The notes: generated by a model not told the origin, from the sequence alone. 64,000 nucleotides of DNA from Limnochordia bacterium (GCA_050952265.1 JBMNKP010000001.1:431596-495595), one strand, 5' to 3'. Shown: positions 28,553 through 37,210, numbered from the stretch's first letter. Numbers and translations are program-made.

Positions 28553-29320
28553 TTGGTAGAAATCGATGTTGTAAAGGAAATAGCACTGGGCGCGGGTAGG
28601 ATTTTGATCGAGAAGCTTCACACTGGAGTATGTGTGCAGGCCAAGGGCACGATCGATCTGGTTACCGATGCCGACAAGGCATCCGAGGCATACGTCGTGG
28701 GGGAGCTGCGCAGGAGGTTTCCCCAACACGCCATCCTGGCGGAAGAGGGCGGGCAGACTGCTGGCGCCGACGATTACCTGTGGGTTATCGACCCCCTGGA
28801 TGGAACTACCAACTTTGCCCACGGCTTTCGGCATTTTTGTGTATCTATCGCGCTGGTTAAGGGTGGAGATGCGGTTTTGGGCGTCGTCTACGATCCCCTA
28901 CATCAAGAGTGCTATGCGGCTGAAAAGGGCAGCGGAGCTTTTCTAAACGGTCAGCGGATCCAGGTTTCCAAGACAGAAACGGTTCTCCGGAGCCTGCTGG
29001 CCTCGGGCTTTCCCTATGATGTTGCCACATCAGAGGTCAACAACCTGGAGCCCTTCTGCCGTGTGATGAAAGCTTCCCAGGCGGTACGCTCCCTGGGGGC
29101 AGCAGCCCTGGATCTCTGCCAGGTGGCAGCGGGCCGGTTGGATGCCTTCTGGGAGCTGGTTTTGGAGCCCTGGGACCTAGCTGCAGGAGGCCTGATCGTG
29201 CAGGAAGCTGGGGGCAAGGTCACCGACTGTACAGGAGGGAAGTTCAATCCCCTGGGAACTAACATCTGCGCTTCAAACGGGCTGATCCACGCGGAGCTGC
29301 TTGGGTTAATCCAGGGTTAA
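28553..29320 (+). CDS. inositol monophosphatase family protein (SuhB-like)
   Basis: WVIDPLDGTTNFAHG and WELVLEPWDLAAG motifs. TTG start after GGGAGG. Confidence 0.8.
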   Translation: MVEIDVVKEIALGAGRILIEKLHTGVCVQAKGTIDLVTDADKASEAYVVGELRRRFPQHAILAEEGGQTAGADDYLWVIDPLDGTTNFAHGFRHFCVSIALVKGGDAVLGVVYDPLHQECYAAEKGSGAFLNGQRIQVSKTETVLRSLLASGFPYDVATSEVNNLEPFCRVMKASQAVRSLGAAALDLCQVAAGRLDAFWELVLEPWDLAAGGLIVQEAGGKVTDCTGGKFNPLGTNICASNGLIHAELLGLIQG

Positions 29321-29322
29321 CG

Positions 29323-30243
29323 ATGGTTGAGGGAGTGGGCAAGGTGGCCGAGGGCGGTACGCGGAACCTGGTGGGCAGTTCAGCCAGCCGCCGGGGAATT
29401 GCGCTGAACCTGCTGCTGGTTGCGGCCAAGTTGGCCGCAGGCATCTTTGCGGGCAGCGTTTCGACGGTGGCCGACGGGTTCAACAACTTGACTGATGCGG
29501 CCGGGTCGGTTATTACCTGGGCTGGGTTTAAGATGGCCGGGAAGAAAGCGGACAAAGAACACCCCTTCGGCCACGGCCGCTATGAGTACCTGGCCGGGCT
29601 TGGCGCGGCCGTCCTGATCCTGCTTGTCGGAATCGAGTTGGCAAGGAGCGGAGTGGGAGAAATCCTGCGGCCGTCTCCCCTCAAGCTGAGCCCGCTCCTC
29701 TTCGCAGTTCTCTGCACCTCGATCCTGGTCAAGACTTGGATGGCGGTGTACTACGGCCGCCTGAGCCGCAGGATCGGTTCCTCGGCCCTGAGGGCAGTGT
29801 CCTTTGACAGCAGGAATGATGTGCTGGCCACTGCGGCAGTGCTGGTCAGCGCGCTGCTTTACCACTGGACAGGACTGCAGCTGGACGGCTGGGCCGCGAT
29901 CATCATCGCTCTGTTCATTATCAACAATGGCTGGGGGTTGATCAGGGAGACCGTCAGCCAGCTGGTGGGGGAAGCCCCCTCGCCGGAGCTGGTAGACTAC
30001 ATCTGCGACAAGATCACTGGCCACGATCAGGTCCTGGGTATCCATGACCTGATCGTCCACGACTACGGGCCTGACAGGCGCTATGTGAGCGCACATGTGG
30101 AGATGCCTGAGGATGAAGACCCGGTAGTCACCCATGCGATCATCGATTCCATTGAACGGAGCTTCCTCGAGGAAGACGGCATCCACCTGATCATCCACTA
30201 CGATCCCGTGCCCAGGGAGGCTGGTTTGGGCGGTGGACATTGA
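29323..30243 (+). CDS. cation diffusion facilitator family transporter
   Basis: ADGFNNLTD...HPFGHGRYEY in TM2-3 and a C-terminal cytoplasmic domain. Confidence 0.8.
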   Translation: MVEGVGKVAEGGTRNLVGSSASRRGIALNLLLVAAKLAAGIFAGSVSTVADGFNNLTDAAGSVITWAGFKMAGKKADKEHPFGHGRYEYLAGLGAAVLILLVGIELARSGVGEILRPSPLKLSPLLFAVLCTSILVKTWMAVYYGRLSRRIGSSALRAVSFDSRNDVLATAAVLVSALLYHWTGLQLDGWAAIIIALFIINNGWGLIRETVSQLVGEAPSPELVDYICDKITGHDQVLGIHDLIVHDYGPDRRYVSAHVEMPEDEDPVVTHAIIDSIERSFLEEDGIHLIIHYDPVPREAGLGGGH

Positions 30244-30268
30244 GAGGCCTGCGGGCCTTCTTTTTTTG
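30244..30268 (+). terminator. Rho-independent terminator
   Basis: AGGCCTGCGGGCCT hairpin followed by TCTTTTTTT. Confidence 0.65.
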
Positions 30269-30406
30269 CCTGGGTTCCCCATAGGGTTGAGGGCAGGAGG
30301 TTATCGTTCTGCATAAAGGATTTAATGATAAACATGAAATAGTTATTGACACACATAAAACCGCCGTGCTATGCTGAGATCAAGAAGTTCAAAGGAGGCC
30401 ACAACT

Positions 30407-31009
30407 ATGCAGGCAGCAGAAGCACGGCTGGCGGCTAAGTTCGCCGGACCGGTCAGAACAGTACTCAAGGTCTTTCATTGGGCTGGGATCGTTGCCCTCG
30501 TCCTCGCAGTGCTCATGGCGGTGTTCACTGTGCTCGGACCTGACCGCTACTTCGCACCAGAACGCTTCGCCAGCAGCAGCTTCACCTTCGAGCTCAACGG
30601 GCTCGTGCGCTACCGGGTAGACACCGCCAAGATCGATCCCGCGCGGGGCGTGAGGGAGGTATTCCAGGGCATTGCTGCGGCAGCCATCGTCTATCTCCTC
30701 TTCTTTATCTTCATCGTGCTGCGTTTGCGGCAGGTGATGGACACGGTGGCTTCGGGCAACCCCTTCCATCCGGGCAACCCCAAGCGGGTTCGGGACATCG
30801 GTGCGGCTGTGATCGCAGGTGGCTTCATATTCCCCGCCGCCAACAGCTGGGTCGCGGTGAAGATGATATCCACCTTTTCCCTTGCCGGTTTTTCCGTCAC
30901 CTATTCCCCCGATGTGGAGCTGGCCTTCATCGGATTCTTGCTCACAGTGCTGGCGGCGGTGTTTGCCTACGGCTGCTACCTGCAGCAGGAAATGGATCAG
31001 ACGGTCTAG
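30407..31009 (+). CDS. DUF2975-like membrane protein
   Basis: Four TM segments. Classic partner of the small YozG-type HTH regulator that follows. ATG 30407 lies 8 nt after AAAGGAGG. Confidence 0.55.
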   Translation: MQAAEARLAAKFAGPVRTVLKVFHWAGIVALVLAVLMAVFTVLGPDRYFAPERFASSSFTFELNGLVRYRVDTAKIDPARGVREVFQGIAAAAIVYLLFFIFIVLRLRQVMDTVASGNPFHPGNPKRVRDIGAAVIAGGFIFPAANSWVAVKMISTFSLAGFSVTYSPDVELAFIGFLLTVLAAVFAYGCYLQQEMDQTV

Positions 31010-31019
31010 GAGGGTCCTT

Positions 31020-31235
31020 ATGCCTATCATCGTGAGACTCGATCGGGTCTTAGCCGACCGCAAAATGCCCCTCACCGTTCTCGCCGAAAAGGTTGGAATT
31101 TCCCTGGTCAACCTGTCGAACCTGAAGACAGGGAAAGTGAAGGCCATCCGCTTCAGCACTCTCGAGGCCATCTGCCGGGAGCTGGAGTGCCAGCCGGGAG
31201 ACATCTTGGAGTATCAAGAAGAAGCCAGCAGCTGA
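31020..31235 (+). CDS. yozG: YozG-like helix-turn-helix transcriptional regulator (71 aa)
   Basis: MPIIVRLDRVLADRKMPLTVLAEKVGISLVNLSNLKTGKVKAIRFSTLEAICRELECQPGDILEY is near-collinear with B. subtilis YozG. Confidence 0.75.
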   Translation: MPIIVRLDRVLADRKMPLTVLAEKVGISLVNLSNLKTGKVKAIRFSTLEAICRELECQPGDILEYQEEASS

Positions 31236-31248
31236 TGCTGGCTTTTTC
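31224..31248 (+). terminator. Rho-independent terminator overlapping the yozG stop
   Basis: GCCAGCAGCTGATGCTGGC hairpin followed by TTTTTC. Confidence 0.6.
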
Positions 31249-31330
31249 GCGGGCAGGAGCATTGTCAGGAGGAGGAGCGACTGATACCATAATAGGAAAG
31301 AAGCGAGCGGGTGCTTGAACGAGGTGGACC

Positions 31331-33967
31331 ATGGGGAGAAGAGTGGTGGGCATCCTGGCCCATGTCGATGCAGGGAAAACCACATTATCCGAGAGCATGC
31401 TCTACGTAAGCGGCCGCATCCAGCGTTTGGGCCGGGTGGACAAGGGCGATGCCTACCTCGATACCCACGATCTTGAGCGGGAGCGGGGCATCACCATCTT
31501 TGCCAAGCAGGCTGTTTTCCATTTCGGCGGCACGGAGTTCACTCTGCTGGACACCCCCGGCCATGTCGATTTTTCCCCCGAAATGGAAAGGACTCTGCAG
31601 GTTCTGGACAGCGCAATCCTCGTGATCAGCGCCGCAGACGGCGTACAGGGGCACTCCAGCACGATCTGGCGCCTGCTGGAACTGTACAGGCTCCCCGTCT
31701 TCATCTTTGTCAACAAGATGGACCAGCCCAAGGCAGATCGGGAGGCACTCCTGAGGGAGCTCTGGGAAGTGCTGGACGCCCGCTGCGTCGATCTTACCTC
31801 CGAGGACTTCCTGGAGCAGGCAGCCCTTTGCAGCGAGGAACTCCTCCAGGAGTACACGGCCACCGGCACCCTGACTCCCGAATCCATCCAGGCTGCAGTT
31901 GCCGGCCGCCGGCTCTTTCCAGTCTATTTCGGCTCGGCCCTCAAGGTAGAGGGCGTACTTGAATTCCTGGAAGGGCTTGCCGCCTATACGAAAGAGCCGT
32001 GCTATCACCGAGAGTTTGGGGCCCGGGTCTTCAAGATTTCCCGCGATGACCAGGGCGCCCGCCTCACACACCTGAAGATCACGGGCGGGAGCCTGAAGGT
32101 TAAGGATGCCGTGCAGGGGAGCGGTTGGGAAGAAAAAGTCAACCAGATCCGGGTTTATTCGGGCGGGAAGTACGAAGTGGTCCAGGAGGTGGGTCCGGGA
32201 ACGGTCTGCGCAGTAACGGGGCTCAGCCGCACCAGGCCAGGAGACGGCTTGGGGGCGGAGGGGCAGGCGCGCACTCCTGTACTGGAGCCTGTGCTGGCCT
32301 ACCGCATCATCCTCCCTGAGGGATGCGATGCCCGCAACATCCTGCCCAAACTCCGGGAGCTCGAGGAAGAAGAGCCCGCGCTGCACATCCTCTGGGATGA
32401 GCTGCTGCAGGAGATCCAAGTCCAGCTCATGGGAGAGGTGCAGACCGAGATCCTGCAGCGCCTGATCGCGGAGCGCTTTGGCCTTCTGGTACAGTTTGGC
32501 GAAGGCAGCATCCTGTACAAAGAGACCATCTCGAGCGCGGTTGAGGGTGTGGGGCACTTCGAGCCCATGGGGCACTATGCAGAAGTCCACCTGCTGCTGG
32601 AGCCCGGTGAGCGGGGCAGCGGGCTGGAGTTTGCCGTGGGCTGCAGCGAAGATGTGCTGGCCAAGAACTGGCAGCGCCTGATCCTCACCCACCTCCAGGA
32701 AAAAACCCATGTGGGCGTCCTGACTGGTTCGCCCATCACCGATATGAAGATCACCTTGGTCGGGGGACAGGCAAGCAGGGAGATCACGGAAGGGGGAGAC
32801 TTCCGGGAAGCCACCTACCGGGCCGTGCGCCAGGGGCTCATGGAAGCCCGTTCCGTCCTTCTGGAACCCTATTACTCCTTCCGCCTGGAGGTCCCGGAAA
32901 AGCAGGTCGGCCGCGCCATGAGCGACATGGAAAAGATGCAGGCAAGCTGGGAGCTTGCTCCTTCAGTTGGGGAGTCAGCCGTTTTGGTGGGCAGTGCACC
33001 TGTGGTAACCATGCGCAACTACCACCGGGAAGTAGCCGCATATACCAGAGGTTTGGGGCGCCTTTCGCTGAGCGTTGAGGGCTACCGGCCGTGCCACAAT
33101 GCTCAGGATGTGATCGCTGCCATCGGCTACGACCCGGAGCGCGATGCGGCCAACCCCTCCGGCTCGATCTTTTTCTTCAACGGCTCAAGCGTGTACGTGC
33201 CCTGGCACGAGGTCAAGCGCGTGATGCACGCACCCGCTTTCCTTCAGGAGGAGAAGCGGCAGGCAGGCTCCGGCCCCGTTATCAGGCATCCAGTGACGAG
33301 CTCCGCCGACGACTACGAGGACTGGGGTTTCTGGGACACCGCCGCGAACCGGGGAACACAGGCAGGCTTCAAGCAGAGCAGGGCCGCGGGCGGGAAGCAG
33401 GACAGGCAGGCTGCTTCCGGCCGGCTGCCCGAGCCCCGGGAACAGTACCTCCTTGTAGACGGCTACAACGTCATCCATGCCTGGCCCGAGCTGAAAGAGC
33501 TGGCCGAGGACAACATGGATATCGCGCGCATCCGGCTGCTCGATGCCCTCGCCAACTACCAGGGACTGAAGCAGAACAAGGTCATGGTGGTATTTGACGC
33601 TTACGCGGTGCCCGACCGCACCGTGGCCGAGGTTGAACAGCACCACAACATCCAAGTCGTGTACACCAAAGAAGCCCAGACGGCCGACGAGTACATCGAG
33701 AAGTTCGCCTACGATTTCAAGAAAGACTACGAAATCGTGGTTGCCACCAACGACGCCCTGCAGCAGGTGATCCTGCGGAGCGCGGGCTGTGCGCTGCTCT
33801 CCGCACGGGAGCTCAAGGAAGAATTAGAGGCGGCCCGAGAAAGGCTGGAAACGACCTACAAGAACAGGCGGAGGCTGGGCCGCGCTGCTCTGGAAGAAGG
33901 GCTCCCTGAGGAAATCAGGGAGCGGATGGAAGAGATCAGGCAGAATGCAGGGAGGAAGAAGCAGTGA
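31331..33967 (+). CDS. fusion protein: Tet(M)/EF-G-like ribosome-binding translational GTPase (about 640 aa) + low-complexity linker + Rae1/YacP-like NYN endoribonuclease domain (878 aa total)
   Basis: G1 AHVDAGKTT, G3 DTPGHVDF and G4 NKMD; overall collinear with Tet(M)/Tet(O). Residues about 720-860 (LLVDGYNVIHAWPELKEL, VMVVFDAY, VVYTKEAQTADEYIEKFA, VVATNDALQQ, SARELKEELE) match B. subtilis YacP/Rae1. Single uninterrupted frame. Confidence 0.75.
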   Translation: MGRRVVGILAHVDAGKTTLSESMLYVSGRIQRLGRVDKGDAYLDTHDLERERGITIFAKQAVFHFGGTEFTLLDTPGHVDFSPEMERTLQVLDSAILVISAADGVQGHSSTIWRLLELYRLPVFIFVNKMDQPKADREALLRELWEVLDARCVDLTSEDFLEQAALCSEELLQEYTATGTLTPESIQAAVAGRRLFPVYFGSALKVEGVLEFLEGLAAYTKEPCYHREFGARVFKISRDDQGARLTHLKITGGSLKVKDAVQGSGWEEKVNQIRVYSGGKYEVVQEVGPGTVCAVTGLSRTRPGDGLGAEGQARTPVLEPVLAYRIILPEGCDARNILPKLRELEEEEPALHILWDELLQEIQVQLMGEVQTEILQRLIAERFGLLVQFGEGSILYKETISSAVEGVGHFEPMGHYAEVHLLLEPGERGSGLEFAVGCSEDVLAKNWQRLILTHLQEKTHVGVLTGSPITDMKITLVGGQASREITEGGDFREATYRAVRQGLMEARSVLLEPYYSFRLEVPEKQVGRAMSDMEKMQASWELAPSVGESAVLVGSAPVVTMRNYHREVAAYTRGLGRLSLSVEGYRPCHNAQDVIAAIGYDPERDAANPSGSIFFFNGSSVYVPWHEVKRVMHAPAFLQEEKRQAGSGPVIRHPVTSSADDYEDWGFWDTAANRGTQAGFKQSRAAGGKQDRQAASGRLPEPREQYLLVDGYNVIHAWPELKELAEDNMDIARIRLLDALANYQGLKQNKVMVVFDAYAVPDRTVAEVEQHHNIQVVYTKEAQTADEYIEKFAYDFKKDYEIVVATNDALQQVILRSAGCALLSARELKEELEAARERLETTYKNRRRLGRAALEEGLPEEIRERMEEIRQNAGRKKQ

Positions 33968-34671
33968 TAGAGCAGATCAAACAGGAACTCCAGAAGTACA
34001 GCAATCCGGAAAAAGCAGAGTTCCTGCTCAAGTACTTCCAGGTAAAGCCTGGCGGTTACGGCGAGGGGGACATCCTGTGGGGCATCACTGTCCCCGACCA
34101 GCGGCGGGTAGCCCGGAAGTTCTACCGCCAGATCTCCCTGGCCGAACTGGAGGCCCTGCTGCGGGACCCCATCCACGAGTGCCGCTTTACCGCCCTAGCT
34201 ATGGCGGTGCCAAAGTTTAAGCGGGCCAAGAGCGAAGCCGAGCGCAGAGAAATCGTGGAGCTCTACCTCGGAGCCGCCGATTTCATCAACAACTGGGATC
34301 TGGTGGATACCTCCGCACCTAACATCTTAGGCGCCTATCTCTACGATCGCGATCGCAGCGTCCTGTGGGAGCTGGCCCGCTCGGGGCATCTCTGGCGCCA
34401 GCGCATCGCTGTGCTCGCGACTCAATACTTCATAAGTAAGGGAGACTTTGCCGACACCTTAAGGCTCGCCGAGTTCTTCCTCGATCACGAGCATGACCTG
34501 ATGCACAAGGCCGTTGGCTGGATGCTGCGGGAGATCGGCAAACGGGACTTTGAGACCGAGTACGCCTTTCTCCAGGAGCACTACCGCAGAATGCCCCGCA
34601 CCATGCTGCGCTACGCCATAGAGAAGTTCGACCCCGACCTGAGAAAGGCGTTCCTAAACGGGTCAATCTAA
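33964..34671 (+). CDS. DNA alkylation repair protein (AlkD-like HEAT-repeat family)
   Basis: GTG start overlaps the stop of the fusion gene (GTGA). N-terminus YSNPEKAEFLLKYFQVKPG...ITVPDQRRVARKF resembles the AlkC/AlkD family. Confidence 0.65.
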   Translation: MIEQIKQELQKYSNPEKAEFLLKYFQVKPGGYGEGDILWGITVPDQRRVARKFYRQISLAELEALLRDPIHECRFTALAMAVPKFKRAKSEAERREIVELYLGAADFINNWDLVDTSAPNILGAYLYDRDRSVLWELARSGHLWRQRIAVLATQYFISKGDFADTLRLAEFFLDHEHDLMHKAVGWMLREIGKRDFETEYAFLQEHYRRMPRTMLRYAIEKFDPDLRKAFLNGSI

Positions 34672-34713
34672 TCGCGAAAAGAGCGAGGCTCAGCAGAGGC
34701 CTGGCTTTTCCTT

Positions 34714-34926
34714 TCATGGGTGCACCCGCACTGTCCTGACATAGCAGATCTGTTCGCACTGAACCACCGTCAGTTGGAGCCTGGGATGCGTTTCCTCGAT
34801 TTCCAGAAACGTTTCCCCAACCGCGCGGAGTGTGCCCGAGATCTCTCCGCACTTGGTCACCACTACCACCCTGCGGTCCAGAAGGGGAATCAGCCCATCC
34901 GCGCAGCGGCAGCAGCGGCAGCTCAT
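34714..34926 (-). CDS. Cys-rich small protein (71 aa), paralog A
   Basis: ATG overlaps the stop of paralog B (ATGA). AGGAGG 7 nt upstream. MSCRCCRC N-terminus, then VVVVTKCGEISGTLRAVGETFLEIEE...LTVVQCEQICYVRTV. Confidence 0.45.
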   Translation of the reverse strand: MSCRCCRCADGLIPLLDRRVVVVTKCGEISGTLRAVGETFLEIEETHPRLQLTVVQCEQICYVRTVRVHP

Positions 34927-35192
34927 GGCTGTTCCTCCTGCGGGCCGAACTTGGGGATCCGGACGAAACAGATCTCGCCGCAGCGTACCACGATGTGCTG
35001 ACCCGATCTCGATTCCTGAAGGACAATCGAGTTTTCGCCCACGAACACCAGTCTGCCGGACACCTCTCCGCACCGTGCCGTCACCTCAACGAAGCGGTTG
35101 AGAAAGTCCCTGAGGGTGACTGGGCAGGGGCATGGGTCTCGTCTTGGCGGCGGCGGACAGTGCGGCAGGCCGTGGGGGCTGAGATACATCAC
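34923..35192 (-). CDS. Cys-rich small protein (89 aa), paralog B
   Basis: GTG start 6 nt after GAGGAGG. CPCP N-terminus, then VEVTARCGEVSGRLVFVGENSIVLQE...HIVVRCGEICFVRIP, following an Sm/Hfq-like motif pattern. Paralogous to the downstream gene. Confidence 0.45.
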   Translation of the reverse strand: MMYLSPHGLPHCPPPPRRDPCPCPVTLRDFLNRFVEVTARCGEVSGRLVFVGENSIVLQESRSGQHIVVRCGEICFVRIPKFGPQEEQP

Positions 35193-35252
35193 GGTCGACC
35201 TCCTCTCTGCTGACTGACAGTCCCAGTATATGCCGAAGGTTGGAGCGGCGGA

Positions 35253-36929
35253 CTAAGAACTGGGAGCCATCAGGGGCAGGGAGTACTGCCTCAGGCGCTG
35301 GTACACCGCCTCTCTGTGCGCTCCTTCAAGTATGCGGGGCTGAACGCCGGAGATGTAGGCAGGAATGATGTCTAAGTCGCGGACGCCGCCCCTCGTGAAG
35401 GTGAACTGGAGGAGCACAGTCTCCCAGGTGCTCGGCAGGTTGAGGTCGAAGACGAAGTTGCCAAGGCTGTAGGCGATCACGCCCTTCCCCCAAAACTCGA
35501 TCCCCTGAAGGACATGGGGGTGGTGGCCGAGTACAATATCCGCGCCCGCTTCAGCTGCAGCCCGGGCCAGGGACATCTGCTCGGGCGTAGGCTCGTGTAC
35601 ATATTCCTTTCCCCAGTGCACGCTGACAACCAGCACATCCACCTGCCCCCGCAGGCGGTGCACATCTTCCACCACTTGATCGAGCTCTGCAGGGGCGACA
35701 CCAGGTTCGTCCGGGGTGGCCTGCCAGCTGATGGGTTCCCGGGCATAGACAAACCACATTTCGGTGTATGCCAGAAAACCGACCTTCACTCCGCCCACCT
35801 CCCGGATCAGCGGGCGGCGGGCTTCTTCGATATTGCGGCCTGCGCCGACCCAGTCGATTCCGTACTCCCGCAGAAGCCGCATGGTCTCAAGCAAGCCTTC
35901 ATGGTGGTAATCCAGGGCGTGGTTGTTGGCGAGGGACAGAACATCGAGCCCGGCGAAGGCCAGGCCCTCCACGGCCTGAGAAGGGGCTTGGAACATGTTG
36001 ATGAAGCGGCCGGCCGCGCCGATGGGCGACTCCAGGTTAGCGAAGCTCAGATCTGCACTGCGCAGGAGGGGAGCGGTCTCCGCAAAAAGGTACTCCCAGC
36101 CCTTTTCCAGCCCCGATTTCTTCACATCCCGGTCGAGCATGATGTCCCCGGCCGCCAAAAGGGAAACCTCCCCCGCCCAGGGATCGGCGTAGTCAGTCTG
36201 CTGGGCCAGAAGGCGGAAAGCATCTATGGGATTGCGCAGCCGGTTCTGCACCCATGCCCTCAGCCGATCGGGGAGGCTCTGAGGCGCCTGGCTGAGGTAG
36301 ATGCCCCGGGTCAGGGGATAGGCTTCCGGGTCATCGGCGCACTCCCGGGGATCGACGCCGCCAAGGGGCAGAACCCGCACGGCGGGCCTCCGTGCCTGCA
36401 GGGGGATAATCCCCAGGGCGGCGCGGTTTTCACGCAGAGTCTCAACCACCTGGCCGGCGGGCAGGTACTGCACCGGCTTTCCTGACCAGGGGAAGCCCGG
36501 CAGAGCCAGCTCCGCGGCGACCAAGACTTGTTCCGGGCGGAAGAAAAGGAGGTCCTCAAGTTCTCTCACATCCAGCCCTTGGCGCTCGGAGAAGAACGGC
36601 ACAACAACCGCAGGGACCAGATAGCCCAGGGGCCAGCTCACCAAGCCGTCACCCGGCGCTCCGATTTCCAGAAGGTAGTCCAGGTCGCCGCTGACCAGGC
36701 TTTCCTCAAGCTGGCGCTCTCCTCCTAGAACCACCTCGGAAAACCTGCCACCGGGGAACAGGTCAAAGACCAGCTCGGCCGATAGGGCGGCAAGTCCCAG
36801 CCGCGGCGGGGGAGGTGGATCGGCCAGCCAGGCAAGTGCGGTAAGCGCTGCCCCCGCGGCCAGGAAGGCTAGTATGGGGAGCCAGAGCAGCCTGACCAGC
36901 ATCTGCCTTCGCACGATCAATACCAGCAC
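35253..36929 (-). CDS. CapA/PgsA-family metallophosphoesterase (poly-gamma-glutamate capsule synthesis-like) with an N-terminal membrane/extracytoplasmic extension
   Basis: C-terminal half LSLANNHALDYHHEGL...VVSVHWGKEY...LGHHPHVLQGIEFW...YSLGNFVFD matches the CapA PGA_cap domain. GTG start after GGGAGG. Confidence 0.7.
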   Translation of the reverse strand: MLVLIVRRQMLVRLLWLPILAFLAAGAALTALAWLADPPPPPRLGLAALSAELVFDLFPGGRFSEVVLGGERQLEESLVSGDLDYLLEIGAPGDGLVSWPLGYLVPAVVVPFFSERQGLDVRELEDLLFFRPEQVLVAAELALPGFPWSGKPVQYLPAGQVVETLRENRAALGIIPLQARRPAVRVLPLGGVDPRECADDPEAYPLTRGIYLSQAPQSLPDRLRAWVQNRLRNPIDAFRLLAQQTDYADPWAGEVSLLAAGDIMLDRDVKKSGLEKGWEYLFAETAPLLRSADLSFANLESPIGAAGRFINMFQAPSQAVEGLAFAGLDVLSLANNHALDYHHEGLLETMRLLREYGIDWVGAGRNIEEARRPLIREVGGVKVGFLAYTEMWFVYAREPISWQATPDEPGVAPAELDQVVEDVHRLRGQVDVLVVSVHWGKEYVHEPTPEQMSLARAAAEAGADIVLGHHPHVLQGIEFWGKGVIAYSLGNFVFDLNLPSTWETVLLQFTFTRGGVRDLDIIPAYISGVQPRILEGAHREAVYQRLRQYSLPLMAPSS

Positions 36930-36977
36930 AGTAACCGCCTCCCGCTAATGTATACTGATCCCCTGCTGCGGGCATGC

Positions 36978-37120
36978 GGCAGGACGGACATTCTGGCACA
37001 ACTTACCAGTATAGGCGGGGCGTGTGCGGAGCAAAATAGGGTCAGGACGGACTCGGCAGGAGTGCAAGACCACTCATGAGTGTTTCCATGCAGAGTGCTC
37101 TGACTGCCCTGTCCGTCCTT
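36978..37120 (+). promoter_or_regulatory. structured leader region with three copies (two direct, one inverted) of GGCAGGACGGAC
   Basis: Copies at 36978-36990, 37043-37059 and, inverted, 37104-37120. The inverted copy can pair with either direct copy. The palindrome CACTCATGAGTG lies between them. Confidence 0.4.
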
Positions 37121-37123
37121 CTG

Positions 37124-37150
37124 CGCGGGCCCTGTTGGGTCCGCTTTTTG
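37124..37150 (+). terminator. Rho-independent terminator-like hairpin upstream of the zinc-ribbon gene
   Basis: GCGGGCCCTGTTGGGTCCGC (8-bp stem with one G-U) followed by TTTTTG. No plus-strand gene ends just upstream, so this is an attenuator or the end of a small RNA. Confidence 0.5.
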
Positions 37151-37210
37151 CGCTTCATCAGGTTGAGCCTCCTCAGGAGCTGGTGTACAATTGATCGGGG
37201 TGGATGAGCG

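Noticed and set aside
37076-37195. 39-codon small ORF (MSVSMQSALTALSVLLRGPCWVRF...) inside the structured leader
   Set aside because: No RBS at a usable distance. It spans two strong hairpins including the terminator. More likely part of the RNA structure than a leader peptide.
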